The translations under genes and the position numbers were made by a program. From Pristiophorus japonicus (Eukaryota): 64,000 bases of DNA. Below are positions 37,975 through 50,924 of the stretch, one piece after another; position 1 is the first letter of the stretch, and each line of letters starts with the position of its first letter. Below the pieces are notes generated by a model, which was not told where the DNA came from, ran no database searches, and worked only from the letters and a program-made list of their open reading frames with translations. The stretch lies in the NCBI RefSeq assembly GCF_044704955.1, contig NC_091999.1:35216001-35280000 (forward strand), in the 5' to 3' direction.

Positions 37975-38850
37975 GAACATAAGAAATAGGAGCAGGATTA
38001 GGCCATTTGGCTCCTCGAGCCTGCTTTGCCATTTAATCATGTCTGATCTGATCATGGACCCAGCTCCACTTCCCTGCTCGTTCCCCATAACCCTTCATTC
38101 CCATATCGCTCTAAGATCTGTCCATCTCCGTCTCACATATATTCAATGACCCAGCCTCCACAGCTCTTTCTGGCACAGAATTCCACAGCTTTACAACCCT
38201 CTTAGAGAAGATATTCCTCCTCACCTCAATTTGAACTGGGCAGTCCCTTATTCTGAGAATACGCCCCATAGGTTTAGTATCCCCTATGAGTGGAAATATC
38301 CTCTCTGCATGCATCTTGTCGAACCCCCTCATCATCTTATATGTTTCGATAAAAACCCCTCTCATTCTTCTGAATTCCAACAAGTATAGGCCCAACCTGT
38401 TCAAACTTTCTTCATAAGACAACCACCGCATCTTCGGAATCAACCTAGTGAACCTGCTCTGAACAGCCTCCAATGCAAGTATATCCCTCCTTAAATGCGG
38501 AGACCCAACCTGTAAGCAGTACTCTAGGTTTGGCCTCACCAATACAGTGTACAGTTGCAGCAGGACATCTCTGCTTTTATACTCTATCCCCCTTGCAGTA
38601 AAGGCCAACATTCAATGTGCCTTCCTGATTATTGCTGTATCTGCATACTAACTGTTTGCGTTTCATGCACAAGGACCCCCAGGTCCTTCTTTACCGCAGC
38701 AATTAGCAATTTTTCTCCATTTAAATTATAATTTACTTTTTTAGTTTATCTGCCAAAGTGTGCCAAATTTTTGCTCACTCACTTAGCCTGTCTATATCAT
38801 CTTACATATTTTTTTAGTGTCTTCCTCACAATTTGCTTTCCCACCCAACA
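37975..38850 (-). mobile_element. CR1 LINE 3' fragment
   Basis: ORF MLAFTARGIEYKSRDVLLQLY...EFRRMRG; inverted tail at 37975. Confidence 0.92.
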
Positions 38851-38924
38851 TTTCGTTTTACTCCCCCCACTTGAATGGCCCCCTTACCTCGGTTCTGTGG
38901 TCAGTTTACTCATCTACCCTGCAG

Positions 38925-39505
38925 TCCCTGTCTTGCTAATTGAGGCCCTGGACCCTGTCACATTTAGTACTGCAATAGACCCAGTCTCTCTTTATATTAC
39001 ACTCGACCCTGTTTCTGTTTATATTACACTAGTCCCTGTCTCTGTTTCTATCACTCTACACCTTTCACTGTTAATATTATATTAGACCCTGTCTCAGTTT
39101 AATTTGCACAAGGCCCTGTCCCTATTTATATTACTGTATACCCTGTCTAGGTTTATATTACACAAGGCCCTGTCCCTGTTTATTTTACAGTAGACCTTGC
39201 CGCTCTTTATATTAAACTCGGCGTTGTCCCTGTTTATATTACACTATACCTTGTCTCTCTTTATATTACACTGGACCCTGTCTATGTTTATATTACACTA
39301 GCCCCTATCTCTGTTTATATTACATTACACCCTGTATCCGTTATTCCTGACATAGACCATATCTGAAATATATTATAATATACCCCGTCCCGCTTCATAT
39401 TGCACCAGACAATGTCTAAAATATTAGTGCACTGGACGCTGTCTCTATTTATTGTACAACAGACCCTGCCTCAGTTATTTCTGTACTTGCCCATGCGTCT
39501 GTTAC
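38925..39505 (+). repeat. 27-bp AT-rich minisatellite block
   Basis: CTGTTTATATTACACTAGACCCTGT units. Confidence 0.9.
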
Positions 39506-40539
39506 ATAGGCAGAAGATTTAAAGAGGAATCGATAGATATTAATATAAATAAAGATGTATGTGTGTGTGGGTGTGAGGATACAATGCTTTTTTGGTTTGA
39601 AGTATATGTTTCGTATTGTTAACAGCTATCAACAGCTATGTGCAATTACTAATTATTCTGGTATTGTGTCGGTTATATTGGTGTCGAGACGATGGGTTGA
39701 ATTTTGTAACAATCTCCCAGAGATGGACTGCGATTGAGGGACAGGATTGAAGGTCAGCGATTCACTGCAGTTTGCACTACTTAGTGGCACTCTGTGTGTT
39801 AAAGGTTCCTAATTCACACGTGCGTTGTCCTGTGCCAATTGCTCCCTGTTCTTTAATGTTAAGGATTGTTTTTCCTCCAGTGTTTGCTATTTAGCTGCCA
39901 CGTGACACATTAATTGTGTCAGACAGAGCTAGGACCGTGACGTCACAGCACTGTCGGATGGGCGGCCGCGTGGTCCTATCATCCACCCGAAAAAATGTCT
40001 CAACTGGTTAAGATGTACAACTGAAAAGAGTATGTGTGTCTGTATGTGTGTGTATGTGTGTGTACAAAACACGTCATTCATAATGTATGCATTCTACAAA
40101 GATAAATTATAAGCTTCAACCATTGCTTTTCAGCATTTTATTGTATTCAAAATGCAATTGCAGGTCGTTAATACCTTTACCATTTAATGATAACCCATTG
40201 TCTTGTCAGCTCTTGTTTAGAAAGTGTTGTCAGACTGACCATTCCTTTACCAAGGTGACCAAGTCTGTCTGCAGTATTCAGTGGGAAAGTGGATTTAGTC
40301 ACACCGAGGATAATGAGCAGCCACCCACCTGTCTCTGCGCTTTACTGTCCAGTGATCACCTCACCATCACACAGATGCTCCTGAGATTTACCACCAATGT
40401 GTAGGTGATGGTAAAAATGAAAATGCACCTATACCTGGCATGAGGTTAGCAAATCTGTAATTATCTAACTTATTGCTTCTCTCATTAAAACAGACCCCGT
40501 CGCAGTTTTTACTGGACAAGACCCTCAGTTTATATGCTT

Positions 40540-41650
40540 GATGTGGTCCACTTCTTTACCAGCAAAGTTGAAGCCAATAGAATAAAAAGGACAGTGGCAG
40601 CATGGATATGAAATTGGTTGAGGAATCAGACAGTAGTTTTTTTTGGACTAGGGGAAGGTATACAGTGGTGTTCCGCAGCGACTGGTACTCGGAACTCTGC
40701 ATCTTTTGATTTATATTCTGACATGGATTTTGGTATATGGGGCACAATTTCAAAATTTTCAGATGACTCAAAGCTTGGAAGCATAGTGAACAGTGAAGAG
40801 GATAGTGATGACTGCAAGAGGACATAGATGTGCTGGTGGAATGGATGGACACGTGTCAAATAAAAGGGAAAACATTTTGAAGTGATACATTTTGGTCGGA
40901 AGAAGGAGAGGCAAAATAAACGGAAGAGTAGAATTCTAAAGCGCGTGATGAACAGAGCTACCTGGGGATATGTGTTCACAAATTATCGAACGTGGCAGGG
41001 CAGGTTGAGAAAGTGGTTTAAAAATCATACGGAATCCTGGGCTTCATTAATAGAGGCATAGAATACAAAAGCAATGATCAACCTGTATAAAACACTGGTT
41101 AGTCCGCAACTCAGTATTGTGTCCAAATCTGCACTCCGCACTTTAGGAAGTATGTGAAGTCATTAGAAAGGCTGCATAACAGATTTACGTGTGTTTCCAG
41201 GGATAAGGTTCTTCAGTTTTGTGGATAGACTGGAGTGGCTGGGATTGTTCTCCCGAGACCAGAGAAGTTTGAGATGAGATTTGAGAGAAGTGTTCAGAAT
41301 CATTCCGGGTCTAGACAGAGTAGCTGCCGAGAAACCGTTCCCATCGGCGTAAGTGTCGAGAACAGAGGACACAGATTTAAGATGATTGGAAGGAGCACCA
41401 AAGGCGACGTGGGGAAAGTGTTTTAAAGCAGCGAGCGGTTAGGATCTGGAATGCACTGTCTGAAAGGGTGGTGGAGCCAGAGTGAATCATGGCATTGCAA
41501 ATGGAATTGGATAAGTAGCTGAAGGAAGAAAATTCACAGAGCTGCGGGAAAGGACGTGGGAATAGACGAACTTAAATACTCTTGCAGAGAGCGGCACGGG
41601 CTATATGGGCCCAATGGCACTTTTATGTACTGTGACCATTCTATGATTGT
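40540..41650 (+). mobile_element. Old CR1 LINE 3' fragment
   Basis: TISKFSDDSKLG; TTCTATGATT tail. Confidence 0.8.
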
Positions 41651-41729
41651 ATAATACACCGGAGCCTGCTCAGTTATTACTATACTAGACCCTGTTCCTG
41701 TTTATATTACGTCATCCATTAAAAAGTCA

Positions 41730-42115
41730 CTCCCTCAACCACCGGCGGACCATCTCTGCAGTGAATAGTATCTACAAGATGCATTGAAGCAACTCGCCAA
41801 GACATCTTCGACAGCACTTTTCAAAGCTACGACTTCTTCCGCCTCGAAGGACAAGGGCAGCGGGCTTGTGGGAACATCATCACCTCCACGTAACCCTCCA
41901 AATCACACACCATTCTGACTTGGAAATTTATTACGGGTTCCTTCATAATTGTTGGGTCAAATTTGTGGAACCCCCTCCTTAACACTGTGGGAGTACCTTC
42001 ACCACACGGACTGCAAGCGGTTCACGGTCGCAGTTCAACACCTGATTTTCAAGTCCAATTCGGGTTAGGCATTCAATGTTGGCCTTGCCAGCGACACCCA
42101 CATGCCAGGCATGAA
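41730..42115 (+). mobile_element. 3' end of a second CR1/L2-group LINE family
   Basis: Ends GGCCTTGCCAGCGACACCCACAT...; same terminus at 11265-11295 and inverted at 57120-57250. Confidence 0.6.
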
Positions 42116-42677
42116 TACAACACTGTCCCTGTATCAATAATTACTGCACTAGGTCCTACCTCAGTTATTACTGCACTAGAACTACTAATATTGTACTATG
42201 CCGTGTCTCAGATATTACTGGAATATGCCATGCCTTTGTTCCTATAACTCAGGATCATGTCATTTGGTACACTGATACATACATATCTCGAACTGTGACG
42301 TTGTCTTCAGTTTTGTTCAATTAGAGCAGATGTCTTTTATATTAAAGGGAATACATTGCAAAATGAATAAGTCAGTTCTGAAAATTCTGCTGCTGAAATC
42401 AGTGGAACATCCCTGAACAGGCTGCTATTCCACTGGATCTCCATTTATTGGAAGATTTAACCCATTGAAACTAAATAAGTTAAAACAGATATTACTGGAA
42501 TATGCCATGCCTTTGTTCCTATTACACAGGATCATGTCTCAGATTATAATAAACGAGACAAAGACACTGTTTTTATTACACTGGCCCATTCTTTCATGTT
42601 AAAAAACTAGGCTATGCCTCTGTTTATATTAAATTAGACCCTGTCTCAGTTATTACTGCACTATACTCTGTAACTCA

Positions 42678-43000
42678 CAGGGCAGGTACAGCATGTGTCA
42701 GAAACAGAGTAATGCTAACGCTACAACGTTCCATCAAACACTCCCAGAGCAGATACAGCTCGGGTTAGATACAGAGTAAAGCTCTCTCCACTGTCCCATC
42801 AAACATTCCCAGGGCAGATACGGCACGGGTTAGATACAGAGTAAAACTCTATCGACACAGTCCCATTAAACACGCTAAGGGCTGGGACAGCACGGGTTTG
42901 ATGCAGTGTAAAGATCTCTCTACATTATCCCATCAAAAACTCCCAGATCATTTCAAACACATGTCACATTTTGGATTAAAGCTCCCTCTGCGCACTATCA
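42678..43000 (-). repeat. 67-bp minisatellite, inverted, about 5 copies
   Basis: GGGTTAGATACAGAGTAAAGCTC is the reverse complement of the 9385-10285 unit. Confidence 0.88.
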
Positions 43001-43807
43001 TCAACTTGGTTCGAAGCATTTCAGTAGGGCTCATTTGTTAGATGTTGACATCTTGTTGTGGGGGGGAGGCCAATTATCCATTCTTGAGAGACAAGACGGA
43101 AAGTGGAAACAGGGGAGGGAGAGGATACAGGAAATCTCCACTGTCACATTTGTGATGTCACGATATACGGTGACTAGAATCTTTCCCAATTCTGTCCGTG
43201 GGGATCATCTTTACTTTATTCTCCTATAATGTAGAGATGCACCAAAAAACAATTGTTGCTGGAATCTGTTGAGAGATTTGCTTTATTCTATCTTTATGTC
43301 TATGCTGTGTTGGTGGGGAAACATTTATTCTGTTTCCGTCACTCAATACTCTAATCTGGGACTTCTATTTGCGTGATTATTTACATAAACGACTTACTGG
43401 TTCTCATGAAGAGTTCATGACAGCAGAATCGGATCAACAGAGTCAGTTATTGGTTAATTTCAACTCACAACAAGGAATTATTTTAGGAATATTGACAGTT
43501 GATACAACATTAATAGAAATATGTCGAACAGTGACGTTTGCTTTCGTTTTGATCAATTAGAACAGATTTGATTTTTATCAAAGGGAATAAATATTAAAAT
43601 TAATCATTCAGTTCTGAAAATTCTGCTGCCAGGATCAGTGGACCATCTATGAATAGGCTGTTATTCCACTGGATCTCCATTTAGTGGAAGATTTAACCTT
43701 TTGAAATTAAACAAGTTAAAATAGTAACCAGAGCAGTGTCATACAATCACTTTAATGTGTGAACTTTTCACATATCGCAACTTTTGTATTTTCAAATTTT
43801 GAAATTT

Positions 43808-44265
43808 AGCAACAGCTTGCATTTATATATCGCCTATCATGACTTCATGTTGTCCCAAAGTGCTTTACAGCCAATGAATGACTTTGGAAGTGTGGTAACT
43901 GTTGCAATGTAGGAAATGGGGCAGCCAATTTGTGCACAGCAAAAGACCAGAAAAAGCAATGAAATAATGCTTAGATAATCTATTTTTTAGATGTTGGTTG
44001 AGGGTTACATGTTTGACCTAGAAACCCTGGAGAACTCCTCTGCTCTTTAATAGAGTGCCATGAGTCTTTTAAATCCAACTGAGTTGGAAGTTTGGGCCTC
44101 AGTTTAATGTCTGCACCGAAAGCTGGCGCATCTGACCGTGCAGCACTACCTTAGTACTGGCACTGGGCATGTCGGCATAGATTTTGTGCTCAGGTCTCTG
44201 GAGTGGGTTTAGTATCTGTGACCTTCTGAATCAGAGCCGAGAGCGATCACACTGAGCCGAGGCTT
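43808..44265 (-). mobile_element. Deu-domain SINE (tRNA head, L2-type tail)
   Basis: Reverse complement of 48375-48830; tail CTTGCATTTATAT. Confidence 0.75.
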
Positions 44266-44629
44266 GAACATATCACACATTGTATTTTAAAATTTTGCCA
44301 TTCACCTCATCGTATCTCAAGTTCAGGGTCTGACACCAGACTGACACCGATTTATTATCAGAGGCCAGTTCTTTTATTTTACCTGGGATGTCATTCCCAC
44401 ACTGGGATTTACAGTTGGTACATATAAAAGTGTCGGCGATTCTGCAAGGAACATCTGGTAGTGCCCGAGGCAGAGGGACTCACGGAACCTGAGTTTTACC
44501 CTCTGTGAGCTACACCATCAGAGCAGCTGGAAGCTGGAACTGTTCTCCTCAGAGCCGAGCAGGTTTGGGCCACTTAATAGAAGTGTTCAAAGTAATGGAG
44601 AGTTTTGATCGGGTAAATTGGGAGATACT

Positions 44630-44810
44630 CCATCACTCTCGCCCACCTTCCTCCCACCCTACACCCGTCTCTCCATCCCTCCCTCGCTTCATACCTCCCA
44701 CTCTCCATACCTCCATCACTCCCTCAATCAATCGCTCCCTACCTGTACCCATCCCTCCCTCCCTCCATCACTCCACCCCTCCCTTGCTCCATTCCTCCCT
44801 CCCTCCAGCA
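44630..44810. repeat. Pyrimidine-rich low-complexity tract
   Basis: CCCT/CCAT repeats. Confidence 0.85.
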
Positions 44811-45129
44811 TTCTCTCAGCCAAGTGATTCCTATTTTCCCTTTGCAGTGTTTCTGCTTGCATCGATGAGGATTCCTCAGCTGGAATATTCTGCACCCAAT
44901 TCCTTCACCGGGCGTACATATATATTAACAAATAAGTGAGAGAACGATGGCAAATATATATAGTTAACCTCACACCATTTAAAAAACTGGCAAGAAATAA
45001 TATTGTGACTTTTCCAGAGAGGGAGAGGGCTCGGTAACTGGTACTGGGTAGAAATTCTAGTTAGCGCAGTCAGGATATCTTTCCATTTTATAATTTTTTT
45101 TAAAAGGTAACAATAAAAAAAAAATGTTT

Positions 45130-45732
45130 CAATACATCGTCGACATTTCTGGGCATCACACTTTAGGAAGAATCTGAAGAATTTCGGGAGGGTACAGAAG
45201 AAATTTCTTGGAAACACATCAGGGATGGGGGATTAAATTAGGTCGAGAGACTGGATAAGCTGTGGTTGTTCTCCTTGGAGCAGAGAAGGTTAAGAGGTGA
45301 TTCACGAGATGAGTACCAGGCATGAAGGAGTTCAGTCATTGTGGAGAGACAGGAGAAGATGGGATTCTACTCCTTAGAGGAGAGAAGTAAGAGGAGATTT
45401 GATAGACGTGTTTAAAATCATCAAGGGTTTAGATAGAGTAAATAAATATAAACTGTTTCAGGTGTAAGGTGATTGGCAAAAGAATCAGAGGCGATATGTG
45501 GACAAACTTACTTATGCAACCACTGGTTAGGATTTGGAGTGTACTCCCTCATAGGGTGGTAGATACAGATTCAAGATTATCTTTCAAAATGAAATTTTAT
45601 CAATACCTGAAGGAGTAAAATGCAGGGATATAGTGAAAGAGCGGGAGAGTGAGTCTAACTTGATTGCTCTTGGGAAGAGCCGGCTCAGACTCTATGGGCT
45701 GAATTGCCACTGTCCGTGCTGTACTAATCTAT
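45130..45732 (+). mobile_element. Old CR1-like 3' fragments
   Basis: GAGCAGAGAAGGTTAAGAGG motif; tail interrupted at 45732. Confidence 0.7.
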
Positions 45733-47245
45733 GGGCCCGAGTTTGGTCAAACCTGAATTCCGCCCAAGTACCGTTGAAAGGACTGCTAAGATCCTCACGG
45801 TGCAGTGTGGAAGTTTGGTGGAAAAATGGGAAAAATAATGCCCAGTGGAAAAAAATTGGCCTTACACACCGATTACAGGCAGCAGCGGGCCGTGGTTCGG
45901 ATTCTGGCTGGTAAATGCGATCCTTGGCAAAGAAATGCCGACGATAGAATCCAGCCCATGGAGGGGGCAACGGGAAAAAGCATTTCAACAAATGAAATGG
46001 AAACTATTACAAATCGTTCAGAGGACCAACAAAATGGCAAAAAAATAAATGAAGAAAGCAAGTGCACTAACCTTTTCTTGCAAGTCTCCATACTTACCGT
46101 TCATGTAAACATAGAAACTTAGACATAGAAACATAGAAAATATATGCAGGAGTAGGCCATTCGGCCCTTCTAGCCTGCACCGCCATTCAATGAGTTCATG
46201 GCTGAACATTCAACTTCAGTACCCCATTCCTGTTTCTCGCCATACCCCTTGATCCCCCTAGTAGTAAGGACCTCATCTAACTCCTTTTTGAATATATTTA
46301 GTGAATTGGCCTCAACAACTTTTTGTGGTAGAGAATTCCACAGGTTCACCACTCTCTGGGTGAAGAAGTTCCTCCGCATCTCCGTCCTAAATGGCTTACC
46401 CCTTATCCTTAGACTGTGACCTCTGGTTCTGGACTTCCCCAACATTGGGAACATTCTTCCTGCATCTAACCTGTCTAACCCCGTCAGAATTTTATATGTT
46501 TCTATGAGGTCCCCTCTCATTCTTCTGAACTCCAGTGAATACAAGCCCAGTTGATCCAGTCTTTCTTGATAGGTCAGTCCCGCCATCCCGGGAATCAGTC
46601 TGGTGAACCTTCGCTGCACTACCTCAATAGCAAGAATGACCTTCCTCAGGTTAGGAGACCAAAACTGTACACAATACTCCAGGTGTGGCCTCACCAATGC
46701 CCTGTACAACTGTAGCAACACCTCCCTGCCCCTGTACTCAAATCCCCTTGCTATGAAGGCCAACATGCCATTTGCTTTCTTAACCGCCTGCTGCACCTGC
46801 ATGCCAACCTTCAATGACTGATGTACCATGACACCCAAGTCTCTTTGCACCTCCCCTTTTCCTAATCTGTCACCATTCAGATAATAGTCTGTCTCTCTGT
46901 TTTTACCACCAAAGTGGATAACCTCACATTTATCCACATTATACTTCATCTGCCATGCATCTGCCCACTCACCTAACCTATCCAAGTCGCTCTGCAGCCT
47001 CACAGCATCCTCCTGGCAGCTCACACTGCCACCCAACTTAGGTAAGAAATACCTACACGCACCAGTCTCTTCTGCTGCCAGAAGGGAGGACTGGCTGGAC
47101 CAATCTCGGGAGGGAGAGGGCGGGAAGTGTTTTGTCGGAGTTGCGACCTCACCAAAATCGATCGGAGAGGAGAGCATGCAAAATACAGGGAGAGCGTGGA
47201 GAAAACGCGGTGGCAGCTGGCAATACGTCCAACAAATTCGGGTCC
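45733..47245. mobile_element. TIR-bounded non-autonomous DNA transposon (PIF/Harbinger-like), split by a CR1
   Basis: GGGCCCGAGTTTG (45733-45745) and CAAATTCGGGTCC (47233-47245) are inverted repeats matching 11/13; flanks TAT and TGT. Confidence 0.6.
46110..47039 (-). mobile_element. Young 5'-truncated CR1 insertion
   Basis: Stop-free ORF2 C-terminus from KLGGSVSCQEDAVRLQSDLDRL to RGIKGYGEK; (TTTCTATG)n tail. Confidence 0.95.
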
Positions 47246-47304
47246 TGTGATTCTGTGAAAATGTTTCCACGTGCAGCAGGGGCATTAAACAGAGGGCACA
47301 GCTA

Positions 47305-48335
47305 TTACTGCACAAAACCATGTCTCAGTTTCTCGGCACTGTCTCTGTTTATATTGTATTAAGCCCTGTCTCTGTTTAAATTACACTAGACACTGTCTCT
47401 GTTTATATTACACTGGGCCCTGCCGTCTCTTTATATTACACACGACCCTGTCTCTGTTTATATTCCACTGGGTCCTGTCTCTGTTTATGTTACACTAGAC
47501 CCTGTCTCTCTTTATATTACACGAGACCATGTCAATGTTGATATTACACTACAACCTGTCTCTGTTTATATTACACTAGAATCTGTCTCTGTTTATATAA
47601 CACTAGTCCCTGACACTGTTTACTTTACACTGCAAGCTCTCTCTTTTTATATTATACTGGACCCTGTCACTGTTTATATTACATTAGACCCTGTCTCTGT
47701 TTATATTGCACTAGATCCTGTCTCTGTTTATATTAGATTGGGCCCTGTCTCTGTTTATATTACACAAGACCTTGTCTCTCTTTATATTACACAAGACCAT
47801 GTCAATGTTGATATTACACTACAACATGTCTCTGTTTATATTTTACTGGACCCTGTTTCTGTTTATATTACACTGGACTTTGTCTCTATTTATATAACAC
47901 TAGTCCCTGTCACTGTTTATTTTACACTGCAAGCTGTCTTTGTTTATATTATACTGGACCCTGTCACTGCTTATATTACATTAGACCCTGTCTCTGGTTA
48001 TAATACATGAGATTCTGTTTCTGTTTATACTACACCAGACACTGTCTCTGTTTATATTACACTAGACCCTGTCTCTCTTTATATTACACTAGACGATGTC
48101 TCTGTTTATATTACACTAGACCCTGTCCCTTTTTATATTACCCTATATCCTGTCCCTGTTTATATTACACTAGACCTTGTCCCTGTTTATATTACACTAG
48201 ACCTTGTCCCTGTTTATATTATACTCGACCCTGTCTCTGTTTATATTACATTAGACATTGCCCCTGTTTATATTACACTATCCCTATCTCTGTTTATATT
48301 ACACTAGACCCTGTCTCTGCTTATATTACACGGGG
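47305..48335 (+). repeat. 27-bp AT-rich minisatellite block with a 270-bp higher-order repeat
   Basis: Variant GACCATGTCAATGTTGATATTACACTACAA at 47525 and 47795. Confidence 0.95.
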
Positions 48336-48374
48336 TCATGTATTCATTGCACTGCACAAGACAACGTCTGTTTG

Positions 48375-48830
48375 TGTCAGCCGAGGCTCAGTGTATCTCA
48401 CTTTCCCCTCAGTCTAAGTTAGTTTTGCTATAAACTCACAATCCAGAGACTTGAGCGCAAAGTCCAGACACATCACTCCTGGTGCCAGTATTGAGTGATT
48501 GCATCACTGTCGAAGTTGCCGACTTTGGGTTGAGAAGTTAACCCGAGGCCACATCTGCCCCTCAGATCGACTTAAAAGGTCCCATGGCATGATTGTGCAG
48601 AAGAGCGGGTGATTTTTCCCCAGTGTCCGGTTCAATAACTTCCACTCAACAAACAATACTGAGAAAAGCGATTAGCTTCGCATTGATCACTTGCAGTTTG
48701 TGGGATCTTGCTGCCATGTTTCTCACATTACAACAGTGACGAAACATCAAGGAATTTCATTGTCGGCAAAGCGCTTTGGGACGTGCTCAGGTGGTGAAAG
48801 GGGCTGTGTAAATGCAAGTCTTTCTTTCTT
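48375..48830 (+). mobile_element. Deu-domain SINE
   Basis: Head GTCAGCCGAGGCTCAG; core AAAAGGTCCCATGGCA; tail AAAGCGCTTTGGGACG...AAATGCAAGTCTTTCTTTCTT. Confidence 0.75.
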
Positions 48831-48914
48831 ATTGATGGGTGCATTTTCTTTTGAATAATCTTCAAATGATGCATTTCCACGCCGAGGAAGGAGTAATATC
48901 AGCACATGGACAGC

Positions 48915-49405
48915 AACACACACATCAATGTGTTCCGCACACATCAGCATGATCCTCACACACATCAATGTTCATTGCATACATAAATGTGTTCCACACA
49001 CACATCAATGTGTTCCATACACAGACACCAATTTGTTCCACACACACACATCAATGTACTCCACACACATCAATGTGCTCCACACATATATCAATGTGCT
49101 CCACACACACACATATCAATGTGCTCCACACACATCTGAATGTGCTCCACACACACACATATGAATGTGCTCCACACACACATCAATGTGCTCCACACAC
49201 ACACATATCAATGTGCTCCACACACATCTGAATGTGCTCCACACACACACATATGAATGTGCTCCACACACACATCAATGTGCTCCACACACACACATAT
49301 CAATGTGCTCCACACACACATCAATGCGCTCCACACAGATACATCAATGTATTACACACACACACATAAATGTGCTCCACAAACACATCAATGTGCTCCA
49401 CACAC
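48915..49405. repeat. CA-rich variable-length minisatellite
   Basis: ATCAATGTGCTCCACACACAC units. Confidence 0.93.
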
Positions 49406-49478
49406 AATAAATGGTGTTAAAATGTTGGTAATTAACAAAAGCGAAAGTCCAGTTATTCAAGGGGCAGTCAAGGAATGA

Positions 49479-49683
49479 GTTGAGGCTAGCTCATTGAATG
49501 TATTCAAGTCACAGATAGATAGATTTTTAACCAATAAGGGAATTAAGGGTTACCGGGAGCGGGCGGGTAAATGGAGCTGAGTCCACGGTCAGATCAGCCA
49601 TGATCTTGTTGAATGGCGGAGCAGGCTCGAGGGGATAGATGGCCTACTCCTGTTCTTAATTCTTATGTTCTTATGTTCTTATG
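49479..49683 (+). mobile_element. Short CR1 3' end
   Basis: Near-identical to the reverse complement of 15182-15385; (TTCTTATG)3 tail. Confidence 0.9.
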
Positions 49684-49931
49684 TATTAAATAAATTATTT
49701 TGCGCTGGGTGAGCGAGAGGTGTTAATCAGGATGTCCAAATAAGTCCCTTCCCTTCCTCATATTGTAGCATATAATCTTAGTAGCTCACTGTGCAGAAAT
49801 AGGCCATTTGGCCCATCGCATCCTTACTGGACCTCTACTGGAATAACCGAAATCTAATTATGATGGTCCGCTCTTTCTGCATAGCTTGGTATCGTACTTG
49901 CTTCAGACAATTTTTCCACCGTCCTCTTGAA

Positions 49932-49975
49932 AGATGTTCTGATGAAGGGTCATCGACCTGAAACGTTAACTCTGT
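49932..49975 (+). ncRNA. Minimal type I hammerhead ribozyme motif in a Penelope-like remnant
   Basis: CTGATGA at 49939-49945; stem II GGTC-atc-GACC; GAAA at 49960-49963; palindromic ACGT stem III; stem I GTT/AAC plus AGA/TCT. Confidence 0.7.
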
Positions 49976-50924
49976 TTCTCTCTCCTGCCTGGCCCACTGA
50001 GACTTCCAGCCTTTTCTATTTTTGTTTTAATCCTTAAAACATGTAGCGGCCTTTGTCTCAAAGAGTGCCTCACGCGCATAAACTCTCTCCTCTTTGCCCC
50101 AGACTTAACAAATCTCCTCTCTGCCTTTCTCTCTCAGACATCACCTAACTCACACAACCTCTCTCCTCTCTCTGAAGCGTTAAGTCTGTTTCTCTCTCCA
50201 CAGATGCTGCCTCACCAGCTAAGATTTAAAGTGTTTTGTGTTTTTATTTTGTCACTTAAAAGATGTAGTGGCCTTTGCCTCAGAGAACACCTAACGAACT
50301 CTAACTCTCCCCGATCTCTCCCTCTCTATCTCTCAGACAGCATCTAAATTACCTAAAACCTACTATTTTCCAATAGCACTGTTTGGGGTAAATTCATTTT
50401 TATCTCCCCTCTTTTATCCCAGTGATCACATTCAGTCCATCTCGCTCGTTAGTGAACGTGTTAAACCCCCAAAAAAGTTCTTCGGTTTTAATCGTTAACG
50501 TGAGAATGGAGGTGAATGCAATGTTGAGATGAAGGGCAATCTGTGCTGTGGGTCTTGGTGCTGTCAGGGTGAGGCCTCCCTCACAGACCGGAAGCCTGTT
50601 CATGGTGATAACATCAAACTGACGCTATTTCAGTCTCAGGCATCACAACTTCCTGTTTCTGTGCTGCCGGCTCCAAACCGCACATCTCACTTCTGAGCAG
50701 TAAATAAACGCAGGGGTCGCAACCTGGTGGAAAAATCTGACAAGGAGACCTATATCTGGCCAGGGAGTCGGTGCAGAGCCACGCATTGCGGTGACATTTG
50801 CAAATGAGGCTGTTGTTCAGAGTGTCCATTCTGGAAATGACTAGCGGTGTGTGTGGATCAGTCACTGAGCTCCCTCTGCTCTCTGAAGCCGGGAGCTGGT
50901 CACTCACTCCCTTTCATTTGATAT

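Noticed and set aside
46170-47321. 383-aa ORF as a host gene or fusion protein
   Set aside because: The C-terminal part is CR1 ORF2; the N-terminal 94 or so residues are chance read-through from the flanking TIR element.
47738-49478. Cys/Tyr-rich and His/Thr-rich ORFs (CLYYTRP, HTHINVL)
   Set aside because: They are translations of minisatellites; the same unit occurs in both orientations and is broken by TEs.
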